Below are positions 9,120 through 19,461 of a stretch of 64,000 nt of DNA, piece after piece. The notes beneath the pieces were generated by a model, which worked only from the letters and a program-made list of their open reading frames with translations, made no database searches and was not told where the DNA came from. The number at the start of each line of letters is the position of its first letter. The first letter of the stretch is position 1. The translations under genes were made by a program, and so were the position numbers. Source of the DNA: Alphaproteobacteria bacterium (GTDB lineage: Bacteria; Pseudomonadota; Alphaproteobacteria; SP197); NCBI GenBank assembly GCA_964291265.2, contig OZ219747.1:32001-96000 (forward strand), written 5' to 3'.

Positions 9120-11018
9120 ATGGCCGAAACGCAGACCGGCGCCCATCACGAGTTTCAGGCCGAGGTCAACCGTGTCCTCGACATCGTCGTCAACTCTCTC
9201 TATTCGAAGCGTGAGGTGTTCCTGCGGGAGCTGATCTCCAACGCGTCGGACGCCTGCGACAGGCTGCGTTACGAGGCCCAGCTCGACGATTCGCTGATGC
9301 GGGACGATCCCGACCTCTCCATCACCGTTTCGCTCGACGACAAGAATTCGCGCATCACGGTCACCGACAACGGCATCGGCATGAGCCGGGACGAACTGGT
9401 CGCCAATCTCGGCACCATCGCCGGTTCCGGCACCGCCAAGTTCGCCCGGCAACTGGCCGAAGCCGAGAAGGAAAAGGCGAAGAAGGAACGCTCCGACATC
9501 AGCATGATCGGCCAGTTCGGTGTCGGGTTCTATGCCGTCTTCATGGTTGCCGGATCGGTGACCGTCACCTCCAGGAAGGCCGGATCCGGGGAGGCCTGGA
9601 CCTGGACATCGGACGGCCGGACGGGTTTCGACGTGGCGGAAGCGCCGGCCGACACGCCGCGCGGCACTGCCATCACCCTCGAACTGAAGAAGGACACGAA
9701 GGAATTCGCCGACAGGATCCGTCTCGAGTCCATCATCAAGACCTATTCCGGTCACATCGGATTGCCGGTGTGGGTCGCCGCCGGAGGCGAATCGCGCCAG
9801 GTCAACGAGGCTGCAGCCCTGTGGACGCGGGCCAGGTCCGCCATCTCCGAGGAGGAATACACAGAGTTCTACCGCCATGTCAGCCATGGTTTCGACGAAC
9901 CCTGGCTCACTCTCCACAACAGGGCGGAAGGCGTCATCGCCTACACGAGCCTGCTCTTCATTCCCACATCGGCGCCCTATGACCTCTTCGATCCCAGGCG
10001 CCAGCACGGCGTCAAGCTCTATGTCCGCAAGGTCTTCATCACCGATGAATGCGAAGGACTGATTCCACCGTGGCTGCGGTTCCTGCGCGGCATCGTCGAT
10101 TCCGAGGACCTGCCTCTCAACGTCAGCCGAGAGGTGTTGCAGAACAACCCTGTGGTCGAGAGAATTTCGAGAGCGGTCGTCAAGCGGGTGCTGTCCGAAT
10201 TCGGCAAGAAGGCGAAGAAGGACGCCGAGTCCTATCACGCCTTCTGGGAGACCTTTGGCGCCGTCCTCAAGGAGGGTGTCTACGAGGATCACCAGCGTCG
10301 CGACACTCTCCTTCCCCTGCTGCGCTTCCGCTCGACGACACGCGACGGTTGGGTCAGCCTCGACGACTACATCGTTGCGATGAAGGAGGGCCAGGACTCC
10401 ATCTACCTGCTGATCGGAGACAGGCTCGAGACCATGCGGTCCAATCCCATGCTCGAGGCCTTCCGGGCGAAGGGTGTCGAGGTGCTCCTGCTCGATCACC
10501 CGGTGGACGAGTTCTGGACCATGTCGGTTGACGGGTACGAGGAAAAGACGTTCGTCAATGTCGCGCGCGGCGACATCGATCTTGCGGCCATCGCCGGAGA
10601 CGACGCCCTGACCACCGACAAGGCGGAGGAGACCGGCGACATCACGCCGCTCATCGCCATGATCAAGCTCGCTCTCGAGAACAAGGTCACGGACGTGCGC
10701 GAATCGAAGCGCCTCACCGACTCGGCCTGCTGCCTTGTCGTGGACGAGGGCGACATGAGCATGCGTCTGCAGAAGATCCTGCAGTCGACCGGTCGCGACG
10801 CCATGGCCGGAAAGCGCATTCTCGAGATCAACCCGGGCCATGCCCTCATCCGCTCGCTCGTCGAGCGGACGCGAAGCGAGGGTTCAAGCCAGCAGATCGA
10901 GGACATGGCCCACCTGCTTCTCGACCAGGCGCTGATCCAGGAAGGCGAACTGCCACAGGATCCGGCCAACTTCGCCAAGCGCATGAGCGATACGATGGCG
11001 AAGGCTGTCGCCCCCTGA
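9120..11018 (+). CDS. htpG: Chaperone HtpG (Hsp90)
   Basis: FLRELISNASDA, DNGIGM, IGQFGVGFY, DLPLNVSRE, ILEINPGH. Confidence 0.98.
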   Translation: MAETQTGAHHEFQAEVNRVLDIVVNSLYSKREVFLRELISNASDACDRLRYEAQLDDSLMRDDPDLSITVSLDDKNSRITVTDNGIGMSRDELVANLGTIAGSGTAKFARQLAEAEKEKAKKERSDISMIGQFGVGFYAVFMVAGSVTVTSRKAGSGEAWTWTSDGRTGFDVAEAPADTPRGTAITLELKKDTKEFADRIRLESIIKTYSGHIGLPVWVAAGGESRQVNEAAALWTRARSAISEEEYTEFYRHVSHGFDEPWLTLHNRAEGVIAYTSLLFIPTSAPYDLFDPRRQHGVKLYVRKVFITDECEGLIPPWLRFLRGIVDSEDLPLNVSREVLQNNPVVERISRAVVKRVLSEFGKKAKKDAESYHAFWETFGAVLKEGVYEDHQRRDTLLPLLRFRSTTRDGWVSLDDYIVAMKEGQDSIYLLIGDRLETMRSNPMLEAFRAKGVEVLLLDHPVDEFWTMSVDGYEEKTFVNVARGDIDLAAIAGDDALTTDKAEETGDITPLIAMIKLALENKVTDVRESKRLTDSACCLVVDEGDMSMRLQKILQSTGRDAMAGKRILEINPGHALIRSLVERTRSEGSSQQIEDMAHLLLDQALIQEGELPQDPANFAKRMSDTMAKAVAP

Positions 11019-11379
11019 CCGCCAGCGTCCGCACCGGACATCGAGGGGCGGCGCATGATGCAGTTGACGGACAGCCGGGCGACCCGGGTCATCCGGTCCG
11101 GACTCGCGGCCGCACCCATCCACGGGGATGCCCCCGACCACACGGTCTCCCGGCGCAGCGATCTCCGGTCCCGCGCCATCGGCTTGCACCGGGACCTGGC
11201 CGAGGTTGAGCGCATCGTCGCGGGTGATCCGTGCATCACCCTGACGGAGCCGATGCCCCCGGGCGTCAGGGACAGATCAGGCAACCTGTTTGCGCGCCCT
11301 GCATCATCCTGGACGCCGTGTCCTGCGGAGGCCGCCAGGGTTTCGTTGACCTCGGCAGCGCTCGGCAACGTCGGTCCGC

Positions 11380-11480
11380 AGGCCGAGGGGGCCCTGCTTC
11401 GCGGTCGTCTTGGGCTCGACGGCCCGCCACATCGCCCTGGCGAGCGGGTCGCCGATCGTGATCATGCCGTGGTTGGCCAG
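11380..11480 (-). pseudogene. Class II aldolase C-terminal fragment
   Basis: Translates LANHGMITIGDPLARAMWRAVEPKTTAKQ, resembling the FucA-family NHG...AMWRAVELE motif. Confidence 0.55.
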
Positions 11481-11880
11481 AACCTGGCCCTGCCCGCCTT
11501 GCTGATCCGCCCGTATAAGGTGATGCGGATCCTGCACGTGACCGGTTGGCGCTGGCGGGAGAGGGGAACATCCAAGCGCGCCCCGGGGGCAGGTCGCCAG
11601 AAGGTTCGGGCGGCTCGTCTCAAGTCGAAACATCCGAGCGCCTGGGGGCAGGTCGTCGGCCGAGAATGATCCGGAGCTGGCGCTTGACCGGTCGCTCCAG
11701 AAGCACGCCTGCCCCGGATTCCTCGACGCGGAACGTCGGCGCTTCCCTGTCGATCCGGTCCCGGCACAGGGTCAGGATCTCCTCGCGGCGCATGCCGGTG
11801 CAGGGCCCGGACCGGAGGGCGTCGCGGATCGGGGGGTTGTGCGCCTCGGCCTCGATAGCGGCCCGGCAGCACCTCCGGAA
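11470..11880 (-). pseudogene. Tyrosine recombinase (phage integrase) catalytic-domain remnant
   Basis: Manual translation IRDALRSGPCTGMRREEILTLCRDRID...FRVEE, then after frameshifts WMFPSP...GHVQDPHHL / YGRISKAGRARFW; TGMRxxE box I motif. Confidence 0.7.
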
Positions 11881-12152
11881 AGATCATCTTCAACGACATG
11901 ACGGCGCTCTGCTTCGCAGCGGCCGCGCAAGACATCTGTCAGAACTCGCAGGTTGCCCTCCTCTCGCGGCGTGCCGGTGTCCCCTGCTCGCCTCAGGTTC
12001 GACCGCCGTCCGAGGACGCATCAAGGTCGCTGAGCTCTCGCACACGCTCGATCCAGGGGCGCATCAGGCGGTCCGTGCCCCCCAAGCTCGCGAGCATCCA
12101 GTGGGCCCCTCCAGTGCCGGCGCGCAGGATGGAGCGTTGGCAGGAGACCGGT

Positions 12153-13068
12153 TCAGGTTTCCGATGACTTGCGGTGACAGGCGTCGACGTGAGCATGGCG
12201 CAGCGCTTCAGCGCATGCCTGACGATCATCCCTGCGTTCGGTGTTCGTCAGATCGCGGCCGAGGCGATGACGAAGACCGACAAGAGTTCGGCGATCGATA
12301 TCGGAATGGATGCGCCCCGGGTTGGTGTCGGTGAATTGCGCATGTCTCGCCAGATCGGAAGCGGAAAGTGTCTCGATCAAATGTCTCACCTCGACGGCTA
12401 CGGTTTCCTGGAATGTGCCGGAGGCCGAAAGGGGCTCGCTCGCTTAACGGCCGTCGGTCCGCCGCAAGCAGACTGTCGGTTTCGGGAGTGACCGATGCCG
12501 ACTGAACAGGACAATCCGCAGCTGTGTCGTCGCATCGCATCCATCTGCCGACGACCGTTTCGTCCCATTCGTGGCAGGTGTCGGCCTCCATCATCAAGCC
12601 GTCTGACTGGGAGCCTCTGGCCGGCTTGATGCCGAGCAGGTGGATCCGCACCAGAAGGTCTGCGCGACCTGAACGCCGATCTTGATGTCCTCGTCGCCGG
12701 AGAGGATCAGGGCATCAGTGATCGCACGGTTTCGTGCGAGCTCGATCAGATCCGTGACGATGAGCGAATCCACCCCTTTCCGCTGGCCGCGGCTGTTGAT
12801 CAACCCGAGACGCAACTTGGTATTCGCGGACTGACCGATCAAGTCCTGCTCAAGGCTTGGACGGTTGCTGATGAGAACGCCATCTTGACCAGTAGATGCG
12901 AAGCAAACGGGCACCGGAAGCGACGGTGCGGGCGGTCTCGGCCAATTGGTCGAGCGCTTCCTTTTCCGAAAATCGTATCGAATCCCGATCCAGTCTTTTC
13001 CCCTCAAGCAGGGTAGACCCCTGTGCATACAGGTCGCCAGCGTCCACGAAGACGGCGACCTGCGGCAT
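12153..13068 (-). pseudogene. NYN-domain (PIN-like ribonuclease) protein, frameshifted
   Basis: Fragments in different frames: VAVFVDAG...LLRIYW; GQRKGVDSLIVTDLIELARNRAITDALILSGDED; IHLLGIKPARGSQSDGLMMEAD. Confidence 0.8.
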
Positions 13069-13249
13069 GGCGATGCCTCCGATGACGCAATGGGGCACCC
13101 GAGGGTGCCCCAAAATAGACGCGGGAGACGTTTCCTAACCGCCTTCCCACGGTCCCAGTGTACTGCGACAACCAGGTTCAAGTTGCATGCATGCGTGGCG
13201 GTTTCCCGGTGCGCGTCGTTGCACTGCTTCCTGTGGCCCGGCGGCCCCA

Positions 13250-13810
13250 TGGCGAACGCGTTGGGATGACCGCACAGGAGACCGACACCACGATACGCAT
13301 ACCGGACCATTCCCGGCCGATGCGGCCGTTCCGTGCGTCGCGGTTGCATCACGCTGTTCGAGGCACCGGGCATCGCCACCGAGGACATCATCGGTCAGCG
13401 CCTCCCGCACTCCTGCCGGGAGAGCCCCTTCCCTCCGGGAAGCAGTGACGACGACCACAGCCGCTCTGGCGGTGGATCGTGCCCGGCCGATGGCGGTGTC
13501 GATCCCATGCCGCAGATCCGATCGCTTGGTGAGTTCCGGAGACCTCCGGATGAAGCGTGTGAAGGATGCGCCGAAACGCCGGGCTTGGACGCGCTGGCGG
13601 GGGCTGGACTCGGGATCAGCAAACCTGTCGCGGTGGTCGACATGCCAGCCAAGGGCGAGGATGCCGTCGCGGCGGCGGACTTCGAAGCGGCCCTCGTCGG
13701 CCGGTAGGCATGAACTGCAGCCCTCGGGCGTGAAGAACTCGACGAGCGGCTCCGGCGCACCCGCCGAAGGCGAACGCCATGGCGAGGATGGCGGACAACG
13801 GTACCCTCAT
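13250..13810 (-). pseudogene. DUF1223 thioredoxin-like secreted protein, degraded
   Basis: After a signal-like start and frameshift: LVEFFTPEGCSSCLPADE...ILALGWHVD...FADP..SPRQR, resembling VELFTSQGCSSCPPAD...LALHVDYW. Confidence 0.7.
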
Positions 13811-14997
13811 GGCGCGCCGAAGGGAGACGGATCCCTGTGTCGCCACCATTCCCGGGCGGCGAAGGGCACGAAGACGGCACAGAACAGGACGAGGGCGACA
13901 ACCATACCGGAGGGTCCGAGGATTCCGTTGATGATGCCGACGACAGGCGGGCCGGCAAGACTGCCGAGGCTCCACATCAGCGTGAATATGGTGATCGCCG
14001 ATGCCAGCGCCGTGCCGCGGTAGAAACTGCCGATCATGGCCAGGGCCACGACATAGAGGCCGCTGGTCAGGCCGCCGATGAGGAAGAAGAAGAGGTAGTC
14101 GATCCACGGCAGGTGCACCACCAGTTCGAGACAGGCGAAGCCGAAAACGGCAACGAGCAGCAGCAGGAGACCGACGAGGCGCCGGTCGCCCCGGTCGACC
14201 AGCCAGCCGATTGGCAACTGCAGGGCGACCGCCCCGGCAGCACAGAAAGACAGCTGATGGTAGGCGCGCTCCACATCGTAGTGCGTGTCGACGGCATAGA
14301 CCGGCAGAAAGGTCCACAGAGCCATGAAGGTGAGGGCGTATGAAAGATTGAGCAGCATGGGCAACGGCGTCTGGCGCATCGGTTTCAGGAGGGCGCGGAT
14401 CGAGGGGCGCGTGTGATCTCCAGGCATGATCGGCGCCAGACGCCGGGCGAGAATGACAGGCACGGTTGCCACCGCCATCAGCAGTGCTGCGAGAATGAAC
14501 GGCAGATTTCCGGTATGCCCCGCCCAGGCGAGAATCACCGGGCCGACCGCCACGCCCAGACCGAAACAGGAATTGTAGATGGCGAGGATCCGTCCCCTGA
14601 CGGCATCGGGCGCGGCCGCGGTGATCCATACCTCTCCGGCAACCCACGACGCCAGGCCAACGGCTCCCATGATCAGGCGGATGGCGGTCCAGCCGGTGAA
14701 CCCGGGAACCAGGATGCAGGCAAGGTAGAGAAGGCCCTCGAGGATGCCGGCCATGATCATGGCCCGCGCCAGGCCCCAGCGCGCCAGGACCAGTGCTGCC
14801 AGCGGCGCCATGAGGAAGGGGCCGACCGCGTTGGCGGCGGCGTTGATGCCGATGAGCTCGTCGCTGTATCCCATGACATCAAGACGCGTGGAGAAGAGCG
14901 GCGAGTTGAATCCAGCGATCATGGCGATGACGGTCATGCCGCAGATGATCGCGGTCAGGCTTGCCAGGGGAATGGCCTTGATGACGTCCGAACTCAT
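13807..14997 (-). CDS. MFS transporter
   Basis: 396 aa, ~12 hydrophobic segments, RGRILAIY and GWLVDRGDRR MFS loop motifs. Confidence 0.9.
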   Translation of the reverse strand: MSSDVIKAIPLASLTAIICGMTVIAMIAGFNSPLFSTRLDVMGYSDELIGINAAANAVGPFLMAPLAALVLARWGLARAMIMAGILEGLLYLACILVPGFTGWTAIRLIMGAVGLASWVAGEVWITAAAPDAVRGRILAIYNSCFGLGVAVGPVILAWAGHTGNLPFILAALLMAVATVPVILARRLAPIMPGDHTRPSIRALLKPMRQTPLPMLLNLSYALTFMALWTFLPVYAVDTHYDVERAYHQLSFCAAGAVALQLPIGWLVDRGDRRLVGLLLLLVAVFGFACLELVVHLPWIDYLFFFLIGGLTSGLYVVALAMIGSFYRGTALASAITIFTLMWSLGSLAGPPVVGIINGILGPSGMVVALVLFCAVFVPFAAREWWRHRDPSPFGAP

Positions 14998-15152
14998 CCT
15001 TCACCCCGGGCAGCCTGACGGTGTGCAAACCCGCACACCTTTCGAGTATGGAGCATGCACCTGAGCGCCTTCAGGCAGATTGATGATGCGTTGATCGGGC
15101 AATTTAGTGGACATGAGCTTTCGCGCTGCGCTTGGTTTGCGGTTCTTGAAGG

Positions 15153-16016
15153 CTACTTGGAAGGGAAGGCTGGTGTTCGTGCCTTGAGGACGTCGTTCCA
15201 GTCTTTGTGTCCGTCTGGGGGTCTCATGCGGAGAGCTCTTGGGTCTTGGCTGACGAGGCGCTCGGCGGCCTGTTCTCCGACGGGATCGGCGTCGAAGGCG
15301 ACGAGGATGCGCTTTGGCGTCCAGGCTTCGGCCCATGTTGGGAGACGGTAAGCGATGCCGGCGGTTGACAGGATCACGGTAGCGGATTGCCGACATTCCT
15401 TGAGGCACCATGCGGAGAGGGCGTCGATGGCGCTTTCGGTGATGATGATGGTGCGTGGCATGGAGCGGTCCACGGGGATCCAGAAGCTGCCGGCGGCCTT
15501 GCGTGATCCTCGCGCCATGGCTCTGTACTGCTTTCCGTCTGCGTTGGGGACGGTACCGACGATCTCGGCGCCGGAGAGGTCTCTTTGTGCGTTGGTGCAT
15601 GTGAAGACGGCGTTTCTGCGTTCGTCGGCGGCGACGAGGCCGTGCTGTCGGCAAGCGTCCAGGCAACGGTCTGGCAGGCGGCGGTCATGGGCGAGGTAGT
15701 GGCGTACGGCGTGCCAGGTTTCCTCGCAGTGCGTTGGTGTTCTCGGCCCCTTGCCGCCGGAGCGTGCGGTGAGGAGTGCGACGGCGTCGTTGAAGCTGCA
15801 GCGGTGTGCATGCATGACGAGATCGATGGCGCCGCCACCGCCGGACTGGGTGATGTGGTCGAACCAGCGTTGTCGGTTGACGCTGATGACGGATCCGTGG
15901 CGCTTGAAGCGTCGCGGGTCGCGCGGGTCTCTTCGGTAGCCGAGCCGCAGGGCGAGTGGTTCGAGGGGCTGGTTGCGGATGTCATCGAGATGCTGATTGT
16001 CCCAGGACCGGATCAT
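15153..16016 (-). CDS. DUF3991/Toprim primase-like protein
   Basis: WFDH...GGGGAIDLVMH N-terminal module; IITESAIDALS, LSTAG, AFDADPVGE, KDWNDVL Toprim motifs. Confidence 0.8.
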   Translation of the reverse strand: MIRSWDNQHLDDIRNQPLEPLALRLGYRRDPRDPRRFKRHGSVISVNRQRWFDHITQSGGGGAIDLVMHAHRCSFNDAVALLTARSGGKGPRTPTHCEETWHAVRHYLAHDRRLPDRCLDACRQHGLVAADERRNAVFTCTNAQRDLSGAEIVGTVPNADGKQYRAMARGSRKAAGSFWIPVDRSMPRTIIITESAIDALSAWCLKECRQSATVILSTAGIAYRLPTWAEAWTPKRILVAFDADPVGEQAAERLVSQDPRALRMRPPDGHKDWNDVLKARTPAFPSK

Positions 16017-16051
16017 GGTCTGTCGAGCCTCCTGCGTGGTGGACGGGGGGT

Positions 16052-16116
16052 GGTTCCCGTTGGCGGTTCCCACCTGAACTCCCAGGGTGAACGGGAACCG
16101 GGAACCGGGAACCGCC
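16052..16116. repeat. Inverted iteron-like array: 2x GGTTCCC facing 3x tandem GGGAACC
   Basis: GGTTCCC at 16052 and 16065; GGGAACC at 16093, 16100 and 16107; lies between the helicase-like and primase-like genes. Confidence 0.85.
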
Positions 16117-16150
16117 TGGCGTCGGGGCGTTTTGCGCCTGGTTGTTGCGG

Positions 16151-17098
16151 TCAGGCTTTGGCGACGCGATAGGCACCGGGACCGTCCTGTGCGACACGTC
16201 CTTCCTGGACGAGCTTGGCTAGAAGCGTGGCGACGGTCGTGTTCCGTGTTGGGACGCGGTCCCGGACCTGGCGCAGCGAGAGCGGGGCATCGGCGTCGGC
16301 GAGGACCTGGACGATGCGCTGTTCGGGGGTTGGCGGCTGCGGCCTGGCGCCGTCGGGTTCCTGTTGCCGCAGCTGCAGGGCGGCTCCGTTGCCGCTGTCG
16401 GTGAGTTCGATGTCGAGATCGGCGAGTCCGGGTGCGGCGCGGTGTTCGACGGTCATGAGGATGGTTTCGTGGCGGCGCCGCAGGTAGAGGTTGCTGTCGC
16501 CCCATGCGTGCAGCTCGCTGCTTCCGCGCAAGGCCTGTCCGGGCCGGCTGGCGGCGCTCTTGCGTGCGTGGTGGACGAGCAGCACGGCGGCGCCGGAGTG
16601 TCGCTGCACGTCGCGCAGGAAGCCGAGGATCGGCGCGATCTCGGCGACGGCGTTTTCATCGACGCCGTGCAGGCGGACGAGGGGGTCGAGGATGAGCAGG
16701 CGGGAGCCGTGACGCTCGACGGTCTCGAGCAGGCTCTGGCGGTCGGTTGGGTGGTCGAGGCGCAGTGCGGGGACGTCGATGACGGCGATGTCGAGGGTGT
16801 CGAAGTCGGCGCCGGCTGCGGCGGCGATGCCCTGGAGGCGGCGTCGCACGATGTGGCCGGCGTCCTCGGCGGCGAACATGAGCACCGGTCCGGGGTGCAC
16901 GGCCGGGAAGCGGCGCAGACAGGGGACGCCGGCGGCGACGGCGACGGCGAGATCGAGGGCGAGGAAGGACTTTCCGCACTTGGGTTCGCCGCCGATGATG
17001 CCGACGGCCTCGCGGCCCCACAGGCTGTCGACGAGCCACTGCCCCTCGGTTGGCCGGTCCTCGAGTTCGGCCGGGCTGCGGGTTGGCAGGCCGATCAT
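16151..17098 (-). CDS. RecA-fold AAA_25 (RepA/helicase-like) ATPase with probable C-terminal HTH
   Basis: WLVDSLW, GGEPKCGKS Walker A, AAED, LLILDP Walker B, LLVHHARK, ALRGSSELHAW. Confidence 0.85.
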   Translation of the reverse strand: MIGLPTRSPAELEDRPTEGQWLVDSLWGREAVGIIGGEPKCGKSFLALDLAVAVAAGVPCLRRFPAVHPGPVLMFAAEDAGHIVRRRLQGIAAAAGADFDTLDIAVIDVPALRLDHPTDRQSLLETVERHGSRLLILDPLVRLHGVDENAVAEIAPILGFLRDVQRHSGAAVLLVHHARKSAASRPGQALRGSSELHAWGDSNLYLRRRHETILMTVEHRAAPGLADLDIELTDSGNGAALQLRQQEPDGARPQPPTPEQRIVQVLADADAPLSLRQVRDRVPTRNTTVATLLAKLVQEGRVAQDGPGAYRVAKA

Positions 17099-17925
17099 CG
17101 TGTGCGCCTCGGCGGGATGGGTTCGCCCCAGGTTTCGAGGAAGAGCTTTTCGTCGAGCACCTCGCGGTCGGTGTCGAGGGCGACAGCGAGGAGGTTGTCG
17201 GCGAGGATGGTCAGGGAGCGCGGATTGCCGTCTGCATGGACGACGAGGGTCTCCTTGAGGCCGGGGGTCATGAGGCCTGGATTGCCGGCGGCGTCGAGCA
17301 GGTGGTCGAGCAGGCGGAGCAGTTCGTCGGGTTCGCAGCGCGTCATGACGAGGCGTTGACGGACCCGCGAGGCGACGGCTTGCAGGTCGGGGCTGTGCAG
17401 CTTGGCGAGCAGGCGGCTGTCGCCGGCCAGGACGACGCTGAGGATGGCGCGCGAGTCGAACTCCGTGGAGGCGAGCAGGCGCAGTTCGGTGAGCACGGCC
17501 TGCGGCATCTCCTGGGCCTCGTCGACGAGCAGGACCGGGCGCATGCGGGTGTCCTCGAGATGGGTGAGCCAGCACTCGCGCAAGGCCTTGAAGCCGGCCC
17601 AGAGGTTCCGGCGCAGGGTCGTGATGCCGAAGAGGTCGGTCATCTCGCGGTAGAAGTCTGCGGTGCTCGACGAGGGATGGGCGAGCACGGCGACGTCGAG
17701 GCCCTCCGCGGTCTCGAGACGCTCGTCGAGCAGGCGCAGGGCGACGCTCTTGCCGGTGCCATGCTCGCCGGCCACCACGGCGAAGCCGCCCTGGCGCACG
17801 AGCTGACGCTCGATCCTGCGGCAGAAGCTGTCGATCGCGGGCGTTGCGAGAAGGCCCTCGACCGGCAGGTCGGCGGCGAAGGGGTTCCACTTGAGGCCGT
17901 AATGGGTGAGGTGTTGGCGGTTCAT
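17095..17925 (-). CDS. ExeA-like AAA ATPase (transposition helper)
   Basis: YGLKWNPF, GEHGTGKS, LLVDEAQEM, VVLAGD, GNPRSL; overlaps transposase stop. Confidence 0.85.
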   Translation of the reverse strand: MNRQHLTHYGLKWNPFAADLPVEGLLATPAIDSFCRRIERQLVRQGGFAVVAGEHGTGKSVALRLLDERLETAEGLDVAVLAHPSSSTADFYREMTDLFGITTLRRNLWAGFKALRECWLTHLEDTRMRPVLLVDEAQEMPQAVLTELRLLASTEFDSRAILSVVLAGDSRLLAKLHSPDLQAVASRVRQRLVMTRCEPDELLRLLDHLLDAAGNPGLMTPGLKETLVVHADGNPRSLTILADNLLAVALDTDREVLDEKLFLETWGEPIPPRRTR

Positions 17926-19439
17926 GACATGTCTCCCTGATCGTTGTTGTCCTTGCCTTCGTCGTTCGGGCCGGCCTCCTTGCCGAAGGGCAACCATGCC
18001 GGGGGCAGGCCGGTGGCGTCCTGCTCGTCGCGGAGGCGCTTGAGCAGCGGCGCCGGCCCGGTCTGTGGCTTCACCTCGTCGTCTTCTCTCCGGCGCCCGG
18101 TCCGGCGGCGGAGCCCCTCGGCGTTGCGAGACTTGTCCACCGGACGCAGGGTCGAGATGCGGTCCCCGGTGCGGCCGTCGACCATGTCGATGCCGGAGAG
18201 GTCCCAGCGGGCGACGCGCAGGTCGATCTCGCGCAGGTGGCGCCACGGCGCCGGCAGTTGATAGCGGACACTCGCCACCGTCACCGTGGCGTCGGAGCGT
18301 CGCACCTTGCGACGCACCTTGATGCGGAAGGCGGCCCGGAGTTCGCTGCTGTCCGGGCATGTCCGCGAGGCGTCCTCGCTGTCGATCACGCGCCTGAGCG
18401 GCGTGACCCCCGTCTCGCGGTGTACGCGGCGGTGATACTCGCGCTCGAACCAGATGACGGTGGCGTCGTTCAGGTCCTGCAGGGTCAGGGTCTCGACGTT
18501 CTCGAGCATCGCCATCAGGCGGCCCTCGACCTGGGCGAACAGCACCTCCTGCTTGCCGTTCTGGTACGGGCTGCGGACAAGCGTGTGGTGGTGCAGCACG
18601 CCGAGGGCGTGCAGTCCCTCCTGCACCTCCCCGGCCGTCATCGCCGATCCGTTGTCGGTCAGAAGGGACCGCGGCAGCCCTCGCTTCATGAAGGCCTGGC
18701 TGATGCCGTGAACGAAGATCTCCGTGGTCTCCCCGAGATACCACTGCATGTGGCAGACGAGACGCGAATGGTCGTCGATGAAGCTGAGCAGGATCGGCGT
18801 CCTCCACTCCCCGGACGGCGTCAGCACGCGACAGGTCCGCGCATGGTGGAAGTCGGCGTGCCACAGGGCATGGCTGCGCGAGACCTCGTAGCTCAGCACC
18901 TCGCGCCCCTCGACCGCAGGCCGCTCCGCTTCACCACCGAACTTCCGCTGCCGCCGCCGCCGCTCCAGGCCCGCCGAACGCATGACCCGGGTCAGCGTCG
19001 CATAGGACGGCATCGGCCCGAGCGAAGGGTCGGCCTCGACCAGCGCGCAAAGGTTGTCGTGGTGGAGCTGAACCGACCACGTGGGGTGCGCCCTGTACTG
19101 GTCGCGCAAGGCCGCCATCAGCAGGGGCGAGACGCTCCGCGCACGACCGGCGTCGCAGCGCACCCGACGGCGCAGCGCCCGCACCGGATCCCGGTCGGCC
19201 GACCGCGCCTTGTAGTACCAGCGCTCGATCGTCGACACCGAGAACCGGATCGTGCCGCCCCTGACGGGATGCTCCCAGTCCCGCCGCGACAGCCGTTGAA
19301 GCTCGGCCCGCAGACCCCCCTTCGGCGGCGGCGACGCCAGCAGCGGGCCAACCACCGCAAAGCGCAGCCGCGTCCAGGCGTCCCCGGCGTCCGCTTCGTC
19401 CTTCGTCACCACGACAGCCTTCCTCCCTCGTCGTCCCAT
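17922..19439 (-). CDS. DDE transposase (rve core with Mu-like C-terminus)
   Basis: LWHADFHH, IDDHSR, LLTDNGSAM, SPYQNGKQE, YHRRVHRETGVTP, RKVRRSDATVTV. Confidence 0.9.
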   Translation of the reverse strand: MGRRGRKAVVVTKDEADAGDAWTRLRFAVVGPLLASPPPKGGLRAELQRLSRRDWEHPVRGGTIRFSVSTIERWYYKARSADRDPVRALRRRVRCDAGRARSVSPLLMAALRDQYRAHPTWSVQLHHDNLCALVEADPSLGPMPSYATLTRVMRSAGLERRRRQRKFGGEAERPAVEGREVLSYEVSRSHALWHADFHHARTCRVLTPSGEWRTPILLSFIDDHSRLVCHMQWYLGETTEIFVHGISQAFMKRGLPRSLLTDNGSAMTAGEVQEGLHALGVLHHHTLVRSPYQNGKQEVLFAQVEGRLMAMLENVETLTLQDLNDATVIWFEREYHRRVHRETGVTPLRRVIDSEDASRTCPDSSELRAAFRIKVRRKVRRSDATVTVASVRYQLPAPWRHLREIDLRVARWDLSGIDMVDGRTGDRISTLRPVDKSRNAEGLRRRTGRRREDDEVKPQTGPAPLLKRLRDEQDATGLPPAWLPFGKEAGPNDEGKDNNDQGDMS

Positions 19440-19461
19440 GGGAGGAAGGCCCTATACGGTC

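Noticed and set aside
15022-15037. TGTGC-AAACCC-GCACA palindrome upstream of the MFS gene
   Set aside because: 5-bp arms could be chance; no cognate regulator nearby
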